In this document: piece by piece, positions 13,058 to 27,175 of the stretch | Layout of the letters: the number at the start of each line of letters is the position of its first letter | Numbering within the stretch: position 1 is the first letter of the stretch | DNA from: Azolla caroliniana | Taxonomy: Eukaryota > Plantae > Polypodiophyta | Assembly (NCBI GenBank): GCA_043228905.1 | Contig: JBHGNT010000005.1 | Location: 8,928,001-8,992,000, forward strand | Direction: 5' to 3' | DNA: 64,000 nt | Translations under genes and position numbers: made by a program | Notes under the pieces: model-generated | Databases searched by the model: none | Told to the model about the DNA's origin: nothing | What the model saw: the letters and a program-made list of their open reading frames with translations, nothing else

Positions 13058-16000
13058 TTTTGGTTTGTGAATTTGTGTTTTCTTATTTAATGACCGATTG
13101 GCAGTATCTTATAAGAGTTGCCACAACCAAGATACAATTTAAATGCGGAGTCAATTGTGCCTCATAGGGTTGTAAACTAATGACTTCCATCATAACTTAT
13201 AATAGCATTGATATGACACGTGTTTATAAAAAGAAAAATTGTTCGTAACAAAACTTTGCATGGTAAGAAGTGATGGTTGTATTGTTCATAACAAAACTTT
13301 GCATGGTTAGTAGGGTTGTAAACTTTTCATGGCTAATACCTGAAAAGGGGGGATAGGTATGATGCCTTTATAGTTGTCACCTTACCATTTGCAAACGACG
13401 TTTATGTCAAAAGTGATAATTAAGATCCTACTTGACTTTTAAGCACATTTAGAATGCAAATTATACCTTCAATTATCTTGTTGCAAATCATTGACAATGA
13501 AGACTTCGAGTTTGACAAAATGATTATTTGTTTCATGGTAAACATTTGGTACACTTAATTGGAAAACAAGTTTGCTGAAAAACAAAGGTACCAAGAAGCA
13601 AGACAAATTTGATTATAATGTTCATATCTATGTGAAACCTTTTTTAAACTTTGCAAGGGCTTGTATATGTCTCTAATAGTAGCATTTGATTGATCCCATC
13701 ATGTGCCATTCTGCTCAAATTTGTCTCCACCGGCTAGGTGGATGAAGACAACTATTCTATCCTTAGGTGGGTAACTAGGTAGAATCTAGCGCCTAGTATT
13801 TTAGGCTTTGTGAGCATATGTGATAAGGAATAAATAAAGAACAAGTTTGACTTGTTAAGTTTGCTAAAGTTGAGCTGAAAGCCCTATTTTGTGGAAAGCA
13901 TACAAGTCTTTTCTTCCCATGTGTATCAAGATTCAACAACATTCCATTGTGTAACTGATGTGTTTTCCATGCAATGCAAGCATATGATCATTTCTGTTAT
14001 TTGTTCTTATTTCCCATGAATGGTTTCATTTCCTTTGTCAATTTCTTTCACTTTTTGTCTTATTATTGATTAATAGTTCTCGACCTCACCTCATCGGTAC
14101 GTGCAATGTACACTAACTCGCCATCATTTCTAGTAATCTACCTAATAATGCCTAAAATATAGGAAGTATACAACTCATTAAACTTAAAGTGGTATCGTAT
14201 ACATTTAAATAGTGTATTATGATCCCCAATACTCCCTTGATTTATCAATTTAATCTATTGTCATGAATATGGTACACGTCCACCACCTAGTTGAGTGGCA
14301 TAGAAATTTATTGCTATGAATGAGATCTTGTATGATGGGTCAAAGTACAAACATTTAGGATTCTCATGAAATGGACTGATGGTATGTAAAATTACCCATC
14401 TCGAGAGTACTTAAAAAGCTGTAGGAAGAAAATGGAGGAGACAACCCAAAAGCTTATTACAATATTAAATAAGATTCTCAAAATCTCCTTTGGACAAGAC
14501 AAAATGGTGTCCCGTTATATAAGATTATTTTGTGGCTTCTCGTAATTATCTTTTAAAGCAAAGTAACCGTCCATTATAATCTATGACCTAGAGAGTACAT
14601 CTACAAATGATTGGTAGAAGTGATGTCCACAAATGTATTGACATCGTATTTTAACTTTTAGTATGTTCAACTTTCAAGTGACATAACAACACTTTAGATT
14701 GTACAGATTGGTTATCACATTGAGATATAATGCATTTCACGAATATTTTTGAGTTGGTAAGACTAAAAATGAAGACCAATGACATCGACACACTTAACAA
14801 CAACATGTTCTAAGTAATGATATTTAGAGAATCTATCAGTAGCCAATGTAGTACTATATAGACACACATGCCCTAACAAACACATGGAGGGCATTACATA
14901 CTGAGGACAACTATTCATTTCTTTTGGCTCACATTAACTTATTTTTTCTATTTACATATATCTTCCTTCTCTTATATATCCATCGCAATTGCGGGTTGGT
15001 GGGACATACACATTTATCGATAGCTGGTTGGGGGTGAGTCGGAACCCGCCTCCTCATGTTTGATGGGTTTACTTTAGCTCGTTTTTTTTTTGACGCATAT
15101 TTGGCCCATTCATGTAAGTATAGTAGAGTCTTTCCTTTCCTTCCCTTTTACATAAACTCTATCATAAGTGCCCCTAGCCTTGGCCTTGCCCCACAACTTT
15201 CTCTATATGTGGCCAATGATTTCATGGCATATCAACATGAAAGTCATGTGAAATATCTTTGGGTGCAGAAGCCATGTAATGTAGCCCAACCCGTTGCTTG
15301 CAATCCATTCTTTTTTCTCTTGTCTACATTGTTGGCTAGCCTTGATATGCCACCGATAGGACTCATCTTTTGTAATATTTGCTTTTTGCTTTCTCTCTCT
15401 CTCTCTAGTGAAAACACACAATTATATTAATAAAAGTGTGTGAAAAAACACTACGACTTACAATAAAGAAACACCCACTAACTAACAACATACACTACAT
15501 GGGTAGTAGTGGAACATGTTTGAATGAATTGCTAATAGCCAAAAGAGGGAACACTCCACTAAGGAAAGAATTTCCACTTTGCTCCAATAAAGAAAATTGC
15601 CACATTACCACTCCCTTCAACTTTCTAAAATCTCTTTCACTATATGCCCCTTGCCTACCATCCAATACAAAAGCATTTGCGCCTAAATCTCCCAATTATG
15701 CTTTCAGAAATAGGAAAATCCAATCTCCATCTCTCTTTGTTTTCGACCCATTCTTCTCCCCCCAAAATACCATTTCCAGAGATTTTTTATTTTTTTATTT
15801 TTTTATTTTTAAAGCTCATTTTTCTTTTTCTCTCTAAGGTATGTGTAGTAATTCAAGAGCTACTTATGTGTATAATACGCCGCGGCAACTGATCTCAATG
15901 TTATATATCAAGCATTAATTGCAACAGAATAGATAGCTAGGTGTGAAATTAATGAAGAGAGGCAGGAGAGATCAGATTAAGGGTATTTAAGCTATAGGTT

Positions 16001-16061
16001 TATGAATCATAAAATTAAGATAATCAGTTCAATAATCGAAGTTGTATACAAATCGTTACAA

Positions 16062-18355
16062 ATGGGATGCGTGTGTAGCCGCCCAACGGAAGAAATCACA
16101 AATTTCTCCAAATTTTCCAACCCCACATGGACCATCTGTTGCTTCAGATCTTGTTGTTACCTTAATGCGAAGGTAATCATAGTACAAGCAAACATATTGT
16201 GAATTTACTTATTTAGATGTATGTTGTATATGGCTAAATAGTAATGGTGTTAATGGTGTATGATGTGTGTGTGTGAGAGAGAGAGAGTCTGAGAGATTCA
16301 TTTGTTTCCACAATGAATATTGCATATATCAATCTCTAGTTTAGGATTTAGGTTTTAGGGGAATAATTATACGCATGAATAATTTATGCAGTCGTTATCT
16401 GTGTTTGCAAGAGAGTAATAGAGACAGAGACAGGAAGAAACAAGGAGTCAGAAAAAGAGAGAGATACTATTTTTGCAGGAAAAAAGAAAGATGAATACTC
16501 TAGTCGTTTCTAGTATGAATGGATATGCATATCGAAATATATTTTAGGGTTTCTTGATTCTTGTAAAAGCAGGAATTTTATTTCCGCTATGAAATAGTTA
16601 GTGTATATATCAGAGATTTGGTTTCTCTGAGGATCTTTCTTTACGTTTTCCTATCCTAGAAAACCGTCTATGATGAGAACCCCTTACCGACGTTCTAGTT
16701 TTCTTTAGGACCTGTGAAAATGTGATTAGTAATCATTGCATTTACGCTAAACCAGATGTTTTTTCACATAGTTTTTCTTTAGAAGTGAATGGCTTGATTC
16801 CCTTCCTGTATTCTGTACATGTTGTTTTTAACCTTCATGCAATGCTTAAAACGTAGATGATCGGGAAATAAATGGATTTCAAAATTTTGGGGGTTAAATA
16901 TTCAAGGAGTAAGTCTCACATGAAAAACTTGATTGACTTTGTGTTCAGGTAGTTTGAACCTTAGTAGTTGTGGATTATTATCTTGGGCAATATCATCTAG
17001 AATATTGTTACAATCAACAGTTAATTTATTGTCTTAAATCACATCAAGTACATTCATATTCAAATGTGTGCATCTATGTAATGGTGTGATGTGATTTGTG
17101 TCCATGCGAACAATTGGAAGGAAGGATTTTTCCCTGTACTAATTCTTTTGGAACTTTTCCTGTGGATGATTAGATTCATTAATGTAATGTTATTGGCAAA
17201 CTAAGAAAACGTTAACCATCTTTTAACTAGCATAAGCCTTGTATATATATCCAAAAAGTTTGACAGATTCATTTCTTCAGTTTGGTTGCGAGCCATATGG
17301 TGAAAAAGTTGGTGGGAGCCTTAGAACTTTAGAGTAGGTTTCTGAGAGTTACACTTATCTGAGATGATTTCAACCTTAAATGTTATCTGAAAATGGATTG
17401 AATAGAAAACCCTGTAGCATTGTATGAGCATTTCAATGCTTTAGGCAAGGAAGGAAATGTGGGTATCCATTGATATATTCTTGCAGAACATTAGGTGTCG
17501 TTATTAGCTAAAATCGTGATAAACCTGAAGGTTTTTTTTCTTTATCTTGTGAGCACTCAGGATTATTTTGACATTTACTAAGCTGAAAGTGTGGGTATTC
17601 CAGTTTCTTTATGTTAGGATTCCCAATATATCTATCTTATTCAGGTTTTTTTGCAGTGTAATATTCCTTGCCCCTCGACTCCAAAACATGAGGCTTCTCC
17701 ATCTGTTCATAGCACATCAACTATTGTTGATCAGAGCAGATATGTTGAATCGGAAGCAAACATTGATAGCGATGAACATGACAGTGATATAAGAGCCATG
17801 GATTCTGATCACATTAAAGATCAAGATACAGAATATCACGAATTGGATGTTATTCCTTCTCCTAATGTGAAGCATAAGAACGGTAGTTGGAGTGTAGAGT
17901 CTATAATTTCAGTTGTGCGAGACGATTGTCCAATTTGTCTTGAAGGTTCATCATCTTTCTCTAAACTTTTTATTTATCATTTCCAATTCTTCCTTTGGGA
18001 TTATGGCAAGGTGGAAAAAAAGAAGAAAAATGTATATATATGCTACATGGAGAACAGGGTATGATGCAGAGAACCCGAGATTCGATACGTTCTGTGAGCA
18101 TCATTTCCACCTAGCATGCATTCTGGAATGGATGGAGAGGAGTACCAACTGCCCAATGTGCAATAATGTATATTGTCTATTTACCTATCTATTCATTCTT
18201 CCTTTTTTTAAATTTGCAGTCTTTTTATCAATTGATTTTCTTATTCCTTTCTGATGAAATTGATAACTGAGCTTTCTTTTTTTATGCATTAACATACTAA
18301 TGCAAAGCTCATTTCCGACTTAAAACAGGAGATGGTGTTTGATGCGAGTACTTAA
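16062..18355 (+). CDS. RING-H2 E3 ubiquitin ligase (RHB1A/At3g02290-like) with N-terminal MGCVCS acylation motif
   Basis: Exons 16062-16172, probably 17281-17333 (its junction is unresolved), 17657-17945, 18058-18167, 18329-18355. RING-H2 CPICLEGYDAENPRFDTFCEHHFHLACILEWMERSTNCPMC, ending EMVFDAST*. Confidence 0.85.
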
Positions 18356-19452
18356 ACAGGAAAAAATGGTGTGCCCTAGTACAGTATAAACTCTAAAAGA
18401 AAGGCGTTTGGACTGGAAATGAAATGGTATGTTTCAATGAGAGCCCATGTAGTTTGGGTGTTAACTCGAGAACCAAAAGTAATACTCCCTGAAATTCTTT
18501 TATGCCCTACAGAAAATCAAGAATGCTTGCCATGTGTCTTGCAATGTGGTGTTGCTAACACGCACATATATCATGGTATGATGATTTTAGCACACACCAT
18601 ATAACAATTTAGCCATTACTATAGCTTTTAGGCTCCATTGATTACCCCATGGGCCACTCTTTACTCCTTTGTAGTGAATACTACTAGTTCTTACAAATCT
18701 CACCTTTTGTAGATTAAAGCTTCTGTATATAAAAGTATCTTACATTATGTAAGCATGGGATGTTTAATTCTTATAAAGGGATTATTTTCTGTACACAGCT
18801 CTTGCATTTTGGTGGTGGTTTATTTGTCGGTTATTTAATTGACGGATTGTTTTAACTAAGGAAATATCACCCTTTTGTTGAGCTCGTGCAGTGAACATGA
18901 CTAATATAAATTTAATAATTTCTTGCCAATTTTTGTAGATGTAATGAAATGTATGACATGGCCTAAGTTGGAGTGCTCAAATTTTCTTGTTTCTGAAAAA
19001 CCTTCCCTCTTCAAATCTATGATATCTGTACAATTTGACTTTCTGAAAGATCAAGAGGAATTCTTGTCTGCACAAAACAGACTAACGTTTGATGAATGGC
19101 TCAAAGCGTGACTAAGAAATGGCCTGATCATGTCCATGCGCAGCTGGGATATTAATCTTTTCTGTTTTATAGTTTTTTGTACTAATGAGATTATTTTCTC
19201 AATGCTTTCCTTTGTTTCCATTTGATGCTTTAATCATGTGTTCTTTCTTGTTTGAAAAGCCTCAGATTGTTCTTATATGGGCATTTTATACGAGAAGTTC
19301 TTTATAATATAAAGAAAACGGAGTTAATATATAGACATGATTATATAATAAAAAGAAAACGGAGTTAATATTACACATATATTTATATATATACATAGAC
19401 ATGATTATATAATAAAAAGAAAAAGGAGTTAATATTACACATATAGAATATA

Positions 19453-19595
19453 GGAAATTGGTAAATTCACAGTTTTTAAAGTATTTTCACAGTTTTTTTG
19501 GGGGGATGGAATCTGGCTATCATTTGTAATCATATTTCTGAACTCAAAAAAAAAAACTGTGAAAATACAGAAAAACTGTGAATTTACCAATTCCC
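19453..19595. mobile_element. Small foldback MITE (Mutator-like)
   Basis: ~45-bp inverted repeats GGAAATTGGTAAATTCACAGTTTTT...GTATTTTCACAGTTTTTTT / AAAAAAACTGTGAAAATAC...AAAAACTGTGAATTTACCAATTCCC, flanked by the direct repeat AGAATATA (19445-19452, 19596-19603). Confidence 0.75.
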
Positions 19596-20256
19596 AGAAT
19601 ATATATGTACATATATAATATATGGACAGAATTCTACAACCTCAGATTGTTTTTGCTCGATATTTTTAATCATGTCTACGCACTTAATTTTGAAAGTCTC
19701 AATTCTAGGGTTCATGTTTTCAAAATTAAACAGAAATGAGGACAGCTTCTGAATACATGTATGTATACAGTATGTGTAAATGTACATAGGTACATGTATG
19801 TATGTATGGGAATAGAAGTCTATTCATACATGTATGTATAAGCAAAATTAAACTACTTTTAATATCCATAGGCAAAGAGGTCCATGACTATCTACAAATT
19901 AAACAGAAAGGAGGTCCATATATGTATGCATGGGCCAGAAAATATACAAGATCCTTCAAAATGAACAGAAATAAAGACTTTTATTCTTGCGGAGGCGTAC
20001 TTTTATTCATAAGTTCTTAAGAAAAACATTACAGATCTAGAATGCAGCAGAATCATCATGCTGGATCATTTCTCTTGTACCAAAATCTCTATCAAGTCAT
20101 TGGAGAGGCTGGTCAGAGTGCTAACCAATACTCCAACGTAAGTATCTCCAAAAATATAAGATTGTATAAAGGCTCCAATATAAATAAATGTCAATATTGC
20201 ATTAATGAATCTATCAAAAGCCTGCTACAGAACCAACTAGAACAAAGATTAATCCA

Positions 20257-23200
20257 TTAGAGCTTTAAACCAACTAGTTTAAGATCTTCTGGTGTCTTCA
20301 ATGTTCCAGGAGGGAGGAATTCTGCTAATCTTTTCCCGTGTTCTGCAAGTAATCTTTGTCGCTCTTTCTCAATTGCAGCTTCTTTCATTGCAGCCTCTTC
20401 CTCTTCTTTTCTTTGTCGCCATGCTGCTTCCTCAATCTATCACCGAAGAATTTTTTTAAAAGAAAAGTATTTATACACTCTTAATATATAGAACCATGCC
20501 TTATTTGTCTCTTTCAAGAACAATATGAAAATGTCATGTGGAGGTTCAAACCTGCAACTTAAATGCTTCTTGCTTTGCAAGCCAAAGCTTCTCTACTTCT
20601 CGCTTATGCTCCTCGATCTTCATTCGGCTCCTCTGTTGACTCAATTGCTCAAGTTTATGTGCCTGTCAGATTCAATAGATGAAGTATTTGTGATCATTGA
20701 GATCTATGAAAAAGTTCCAGACCCAAACAGAAGCATGAATTTCTCTCCTGACAAGAGAAGGCATTGACAATTGAGCTATATCATATTTGATATAGATTGT
20801 AACAGCTGAGATTTTGAAGGAATCTCATATAGGATAAACGCTGGTGATAAGTTTTCTTAAAGCTATAGGAGGAACGGTTTAGCAACTCCTAGAATATAGT
20901 ATGTAATTATATGTACCAGTTTACTAGACATGTTTCACAACTCACAACTCCCACACTTCTCAGTACATCAATTGATCAACACACGGATTCTTTCCAAATA
21001 TATTTGAAAATGATGTGAATTCTTGGAAACTATATTTATTCACTGAAAACATAGACATAAACATCTAAATCCATCGCATTAAATTATGAGAGAAAGCCAG
21101 GGGTCCATTTCATGCAGACTCTTTGAGAGTAGCAATTCTGTTAGTGTCCTCCTTACCTCCTCTCTTTGCTATGGTTCTGAAACTGCATCAGGCAATTGTG
21201 ACAACACAGCAGTATTGTAAAGGTAGTTTTAAGCATCAACTTTACCATGGCATGTGCATTAGAGAGTCAAGATGGTCTGGTTCATATAGTGCAGGTTTTG
21301 AACTGTAGCTAGTTCATTACACTGTATTTTGACACACCATGACACTAGAGTGACATATCAGACTGAACCTGCTTAGGCATTGCACTAACCTCTTAATAAT
21401 TTTTTGCAGCAGACATCTTTCCAAGTTTACATCATCAAATTATGTCAGAAAATTTGTGTTTAATAATAACTTGCCTCAGCCAATTCTTCTAACATTTTCT
21501 TTCTAAAGTTCTCCCTCTCTGCAACTTCCTCCTGCTTGCGCTGTTCTTTCAGTCTCTGATACATGTCACTGGCAGCTCTAAGATTTTCACGAACTTGCTC
21601 TCTCTGTTAAAAAGATACAAGTGTACCAATAAGAAAACAGCTTGGACGCCCCAAAACAAATAAAAGGGAAAGGTTTTGCCTGTATCTGTAGCTCCTCTTG
21701 TCTTTTCTGATATTGAGCTTCTGCAACCTCAAAGAAGTAATCATTGATTGTTTTCTCAAGCTCTTCCTTTCGGCGCATCTCATCTAATTTTCCAGCTGAT
21801 AGGGCAGCATGTATCCTGTAAACAGAATGCCAAGAACCTGACTACAGAACTAAATATCTAATGAAGTTTGCACCGTGAAATATTGAGAAAATAACACCTC
21901 TCATCTTGCTCTCTCTTCAGTTTCGCCTTTGCTTCCTTCTCAGCAATTCGTTGGTCAAGCTGTTGCCGGTATTCTAATCTTTGTCTCTCTGCTTCTTCCT
22001 CCTCACGTTTCTAATGGTTCAATATGATCTCTTAGGACAGAATCACAAATTTAAATAAACATCTAACATGATGCCCCTCACAAAATAACTTTAAAGGAAA
22101 TTATGAGCTGAAATTCCCTAGACTACAATGAGAGCCTCTAGAAAAGCCAAAATAACCAATGAAATCCACAATTTCATCTCATGTGAAAACATACATTATA
22201 TTTAGAACAATTGTTGATGCCTCAATAGAGATAAAAGAGTTAAACAAATATCCTCAGAAAATTTACTTTTTTCAGTTGCAATCTCGCTTGCTGTTGAAGA
22301 TATTCTGTCATGTACTTGCGCTGCTCCGCTTGCTTGGTGCTGTGAAAGTGAATCCATCAATCACATAGTAAATTAATATTCATAGACGATATTTTCCAAA
22401 TATTATATTCAAGTTTTTAGAAAGCCATGCACAGAAGATTATAATAGAGGCCACCACATATCCATTCATCAGTTTAATTACATTTTGAGCTTTATGCCAC
22501 GATCACATTCTTCTTGAACTTCAGCAATGTGCTGCAAAAGCTCAATACAAACTATATCATCAATATTTACAGTCTCCAGTGTTCACCCTTGACAAAACCA
22601 AAGTAGTGTAATCATTAAAACACCAACTGAGAAAAGTAACAGGTGGAATGGCATCAAATAACCTTCTCCATTTCCTCATGTTCCTGTACTTTTTCTTCAA
22701 AATCCCTCAGTTTTTTCTGTTCTTTTTCATGCAGTTGTTGGTCCAAGCTTTGCTTTGAAATTAGCTATAAATTAAAATTCATGTTTTTAATACATCACCA
22801 GAGACAATGCATCACTAGATACGTTTCAAGCTTTTATTTATACAATGCATTAAATTGTACATCAACAGATACAATGCCTCACTAGATCTGTTTCAAGCTT
22901 GTATTTATACAATGCCTTAGTGGTATCTGATATGAATATTTTTTCTACAACCTATACTTATTCTGGTTCCCACATAGCTGGACAGACGTGATCCCTTGAA
23001 AACAGACATCAGAGAAATGAGAGGGATATTCTGGAAACTGTTATGACCTCCAATGTTAAAAGAACCATCACTTGACTTAATTACTCCCAATCCTCCAAAG
23101 GACTTGTCACAAAATGATCTGAAGATTCTCTTACCTGTCACGTTGACAAACAACTTGATATGAAACATACTAAAGATTCTTAGTCTACATTGGATTCGGG

Positions 23201-26200
23201 ATAGGAGGATTTTGATTGTTCAATTGTTACCCCCCCCAAGGGTAATCCCATCAATCTCTTTTACCCAGTGTTAAGAAAGTTTCCGCCAATAGAAAATATA
23301 CCAATGATGAGTTAAGTATATGCTTTGATTTAGGGATCACCATTCTATCAATCATGCTCATTTTCTTCATCCTCATTTGCTCAATCATCCACAATCTTAA
23401 ATGTTTCCCTGAAATTGCAGCCCAAAATGGTTGCTATTCATGCAACTTACCAGGAGGCATACTTTTTGAATAGCAAACATCTTCCTGTGATGAACATCTA
23501 ATTCGAATTTTCTGGAACCACAGTGTTATGGTGAGCACTGGTTTAGGTGGTAGTGTGCCTGAGATAAGATGTGTACCCACTGTATAAACATGAACCAAAG
23601 CTTGTGAACAAAAGACACTTGGACAATTTGCAGTGTGTTTTGAGTATAAATAAATAAAATGACTCCCTACAAAACATGGAATAGAGAGAATTATATTAAT
23701 TGTACCTCGGAAGTCCTAACAAAATAAAAAATGATTCAAGCTGTACCATCTCAATATGGGGAAAAAGGACACTTTAAAATGGAAAATTAGCATATGTATA
23801 CCTGTAATATTTGCCTCTGCTGCAGCTGCTCTTGTTCTTTTCTTGATTCCTCAGCTATATGTTGCTCCATAGCCTTGTGGAAAGTAGCATTTCGCGCAGC
23901 TTCTTCTAATTCAATGATACGTTTCTCACGCAACTGGAAATTTCTTGCAAATTTCAGAATCAACCCTGGTCGTTATAAGCATTAATATCCATGGGCTGAT
24001 ATAAACCTGTTGATGCCTCTGTCGACTAATTTCAGCTATTTGTAGTTTGGCCCGTAGGCTTTGTAACTCTGGAGAATCTTTAATGAGTTGATGAATTACC
24101 CTTTCCTCTCTCTCTGGCCCTACATCATTCACTTCCAAAGTGTTTGCAATCCACTTATCCTCCTCATTGGCCTGAATATCTTCACAATATTGTCAAACAT
24201 AAATCGGTTTGTCTCATAATAGAGCACAATGCAATCATGATTATTTATGAAGACTAAATAGAGTCATGCAAAACACATAAGCTACCAGAAAATTGAGTAA
24301 GAATACTTCGATTGGGTTCACTCCTGAAATAGAAAGAACATGGATGTTTTCATACCTAGGAATTTATCTAATTTGCTTCATGTTGATTGAGTACAAAAAT
24401 ATCCTGAAGCATTCTACAAACTAAGGATCATTGAATGATTTTCTTACAAATCTTCTCTGGAAACTTATGCAGGTCTTCACCCTCAGCTTATTGGTTCAAC
24501 CAAAAGAATATTGATTTCCTCTATACCATTTTTTAACCATTAAAATGGCACAGAAAAGGCATATCCTGAAACATTTTATTCTATCTTTAAATATATTCTA
24601 GAAGTCCATACTAACTTTCAAGCAAGAAGACACAAATCTCTCTAACAAAGGCAACCCAAAGCTTATTTTGAACTATCCTACATGGGAAGCGACAAGTATA
24701 TATTTCATCCATGACATCGATCGATTCAATCAGAAGAATTTGTTACAGTTATTCAGCACAATATCAGGAATGTACCAAGTTGCAGCCTAGTAATATCTAG
24801 TCAGTGGCTTCGTTTGAGTTCATCCATAGAGGCAATCACAAGGCACAATGCAAAAGATCAAATGCAACTATATATCTATTCTATTGTTACATAAGAAATA
24901 TTCAGAATCAGAAGGGCTTATGTGGAAAGACCAATTCAGCAGCTCTTTTTATTCGTTCTTCCTTTTCTGTTTCTTCTTTCTTACTTGCCAAAGCCAGTTT
25001 CTCTTCAGCCTATTCATGGATGATTTATAATAAGAAAAAATGATCCCAGATAATATGAAAACAAAAGAAACGTATATATAATATTTGGATCTGGAAAATA
25101 CATGCCTCTCGCTTGCGTCTATATGCATCCGATCTATCAAGAAAACTATTTCCTTCATTTGCAAGTCTATCATCTTTCAGATATCTAAGAGATAGATTAT
25201 CCACAGACAGACATATATATGTAAACATATTCCTATGTTAGCATTCAAACTTGGAGAAATTAAGCGCAGACAGAATATACAACATGCTGATGGTACCTTA
25301 CAATCAAGTCTCTTTGCTCATCATTTCTCCTCTGCTTGTCTATCCTTGCATCAAAAACTGAACAAAGAAGCAAACTTTCATAAAGAAGTTTGCAATGCAA
25401 TTAAAACAAAAACAAAAGAAATGAAGAAACCATACTTGCGCTTCTCGATGGATTTGCATGTCCTCCGGGCTGAAATTTTGTAATCAGTAAGTTCCACGAG
25501 AGAAATGAATACATAAAGTGCAGTGTACAAACATAAAAAAAAATCATGCATAAAAAACAGGATGAATTGTGAGGACCATGCGTGAACAGAAACCATATGC
25601 TTTTTTGAGGAAAATCATTAGTGCACATGAATTTGTATTAAAATACAGTAATGATGCAGACCTATGCATGCTTATTTCAGAAGATGAATGCATAAAAAGT
25701 TGAAGCATATGAAAAGCATCTATGGTGTAGTCATAAAAATATATCCATGCTTCTTTCTCGAATGCAGGAAAAGCTGCAGTTCTTCTTAACATGAATATGC
25801 ATCAGAAACACAGCTTTCATTACATCAAAATGACAGCTTTCATTTCGCTCAGGGTGCAGGAAAAGTTGCAGTTTTCTTACCATAGATGCAGAAATGCAGA
25901 TTTCTTCAGTCATGTAGAAATATCTAGGAGTAAAATATAAAGAATGAAGTACGCACATTGAATTCGAGTCTGAACAGAACTTCACATTTCCTTTCATTTC
26001 AGAGGCAGGAAAAGTTGTTGCAGTTCTCATACCATGAATGCAGAGACACGGCCAGATTTCTTTCCTGACTAAAATATCCATGCGTATAGCTACAGAGAAG
26101 GATACAGACCTCGAAAATCCATGCATGAACAGAGACAACATGCTTCCTTTTTCTTAAGATGCAGGAAAAGTTGCAAATGTCCATTGCATGGATGTAGAAA

Positions 26201-27083
26201 CACGGATTTCTTCCCTTACAAAAGATCAATTTATAATGATAATACCGTAACTAATGCAGACGTAGAAAATCCATGTCTGAACTGTTTGTGCTAGAAACAT
26301 TGCACAGTTTCTAAACATGAATCCAGAAAAAGGAAAAGATTGGTTCCCTACCAGAAATATATGTGTAAAATGCACGGGCTGATGTACACCTAGACATATC
26401 CATGGCTGAATAGAAACTTCATGCTTCTTCATGGAGGATGATGTTGCAAAGTTTCTTACCACGAATGTAGCATTAAAGACACGGATTTCTCCTTTTAACC
26501 AAGCTTTTTCAACGTGTAAAAATACAAGAATGATGCAGACCTAGAAAAGGCCATATCTGGACAGAAACTGTATGCTTCTTGAATATGGAGGAAAATTTAC
26601 AGATTCTCTTCGCCTGAATGTAGCATTAGAAGAAAATGATCTCCTCTGAACCCATGCACAAAAAAATCCAAAGAATGACAATGCAGACATCCTGAATTCC
26701 ATGGCTGACCAAGAAACTGCGCTCCTTTGATCCTTACCAAAAATATATGTCAACATGTGAGCCAAAAACTAGACGGAATGATCATAGAGACTTCCAGAAA
26801 TCCACGTGTAGTCGACTGACAAGAAAAAATGCATTTCTCCAAACATTACCAAAAAATAAATCAAGACGTACAAAAAAAACACACAGATTGATGATGCAGA
26901 CATATATAATTCTATGAATGATTAGCAGAAACTGCATTTCTCTGACCATTAAGATATAACCACTATGGGCACCAAAAAACACAGTTCAAGAATGATGATG
27001 GAGACAACAGACATAGAGAATTTCTACGGCTGAACAAAGAAACTGAATTTCTTCATTTCATACCAAAAGATACATCAACACAG

Positions 27084-27145
<62 letters not shown>

Positions 27146-27175
27146 GTGAGAGATGTGAGGGGGCATATGTACCAT
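20257..27175 (-). CDS. MNS1: Meiosis-specific nuclear structural protein 1-like (TPH-domain ciliary/flagellar coiled-coil protein), ~15 exons
   Basis: Exons read on the minus strand: 27173-27175 (ATG only, tentative), 25436-25469, 25297-25339, 25106-25184, 24932-25009, ~24007-24171, ~23802-23933, ~22663-22764, ~22482-22531, ~22267-22339, 21898-22010, 21680-21815, 21475-21603, 20552-20662, 20257-20436. MNS1-like motifs DSPELQSLRAKLQIAEISRQR, FRKKMLEELAEAHKLEQLSQQRSRMKIEEHKREVEKL and IEKERQRLLAEHGKRLAEFLPPGTLKTPEDL. The N-terminal exons are less certain. Confidence 0.82.
25540..27060. repeat. Degenerate tandem array (~110-150 bp unit, about 11-12 copies) in the first intron of MNS1
   Basis: Recurring motifs (a)tgatgcagac-ctagaaaatccatg-gctgaacagaaac and tgcaggaaaagttgcagtt-ttaccatgaatg-agaaacacggatttc at ~25650, 25760, 25855, 26005, 26100, 26253, 26381, 26531, 26681, 26780, 26890, 26992. 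Confidence 0.75.
27090..27142. repeat. (GA)n microsatellite
   Basis: Perfect GA dinucleotide run. Further (CT)n runs lie at ~9242-9269, ~27456-27490 and ~43391-43478, and (TG)n at ~46428-46470. Confidence 0.95.

Noticed and set aside
13100-16000. Intergenic ORFs at 15056-15892 and possible TE debris
   Set aside because: No motif, termini or TSD that I could support.
22800-22920. Short local duplications in introns (also ~4700-4790, ~5330-5410) and downstream of the oxygenase (~13240-13310)
   Set aside because: Ordinary two-copy slippage duplications with no further structure.
25540-27060. Short minus-strand ORFs as genes; the array as CRISPR
   Set aside because: The ORFs are low-complexity translations of an intronic repeat, and the units are too degenerate for a repeat-spacer array.
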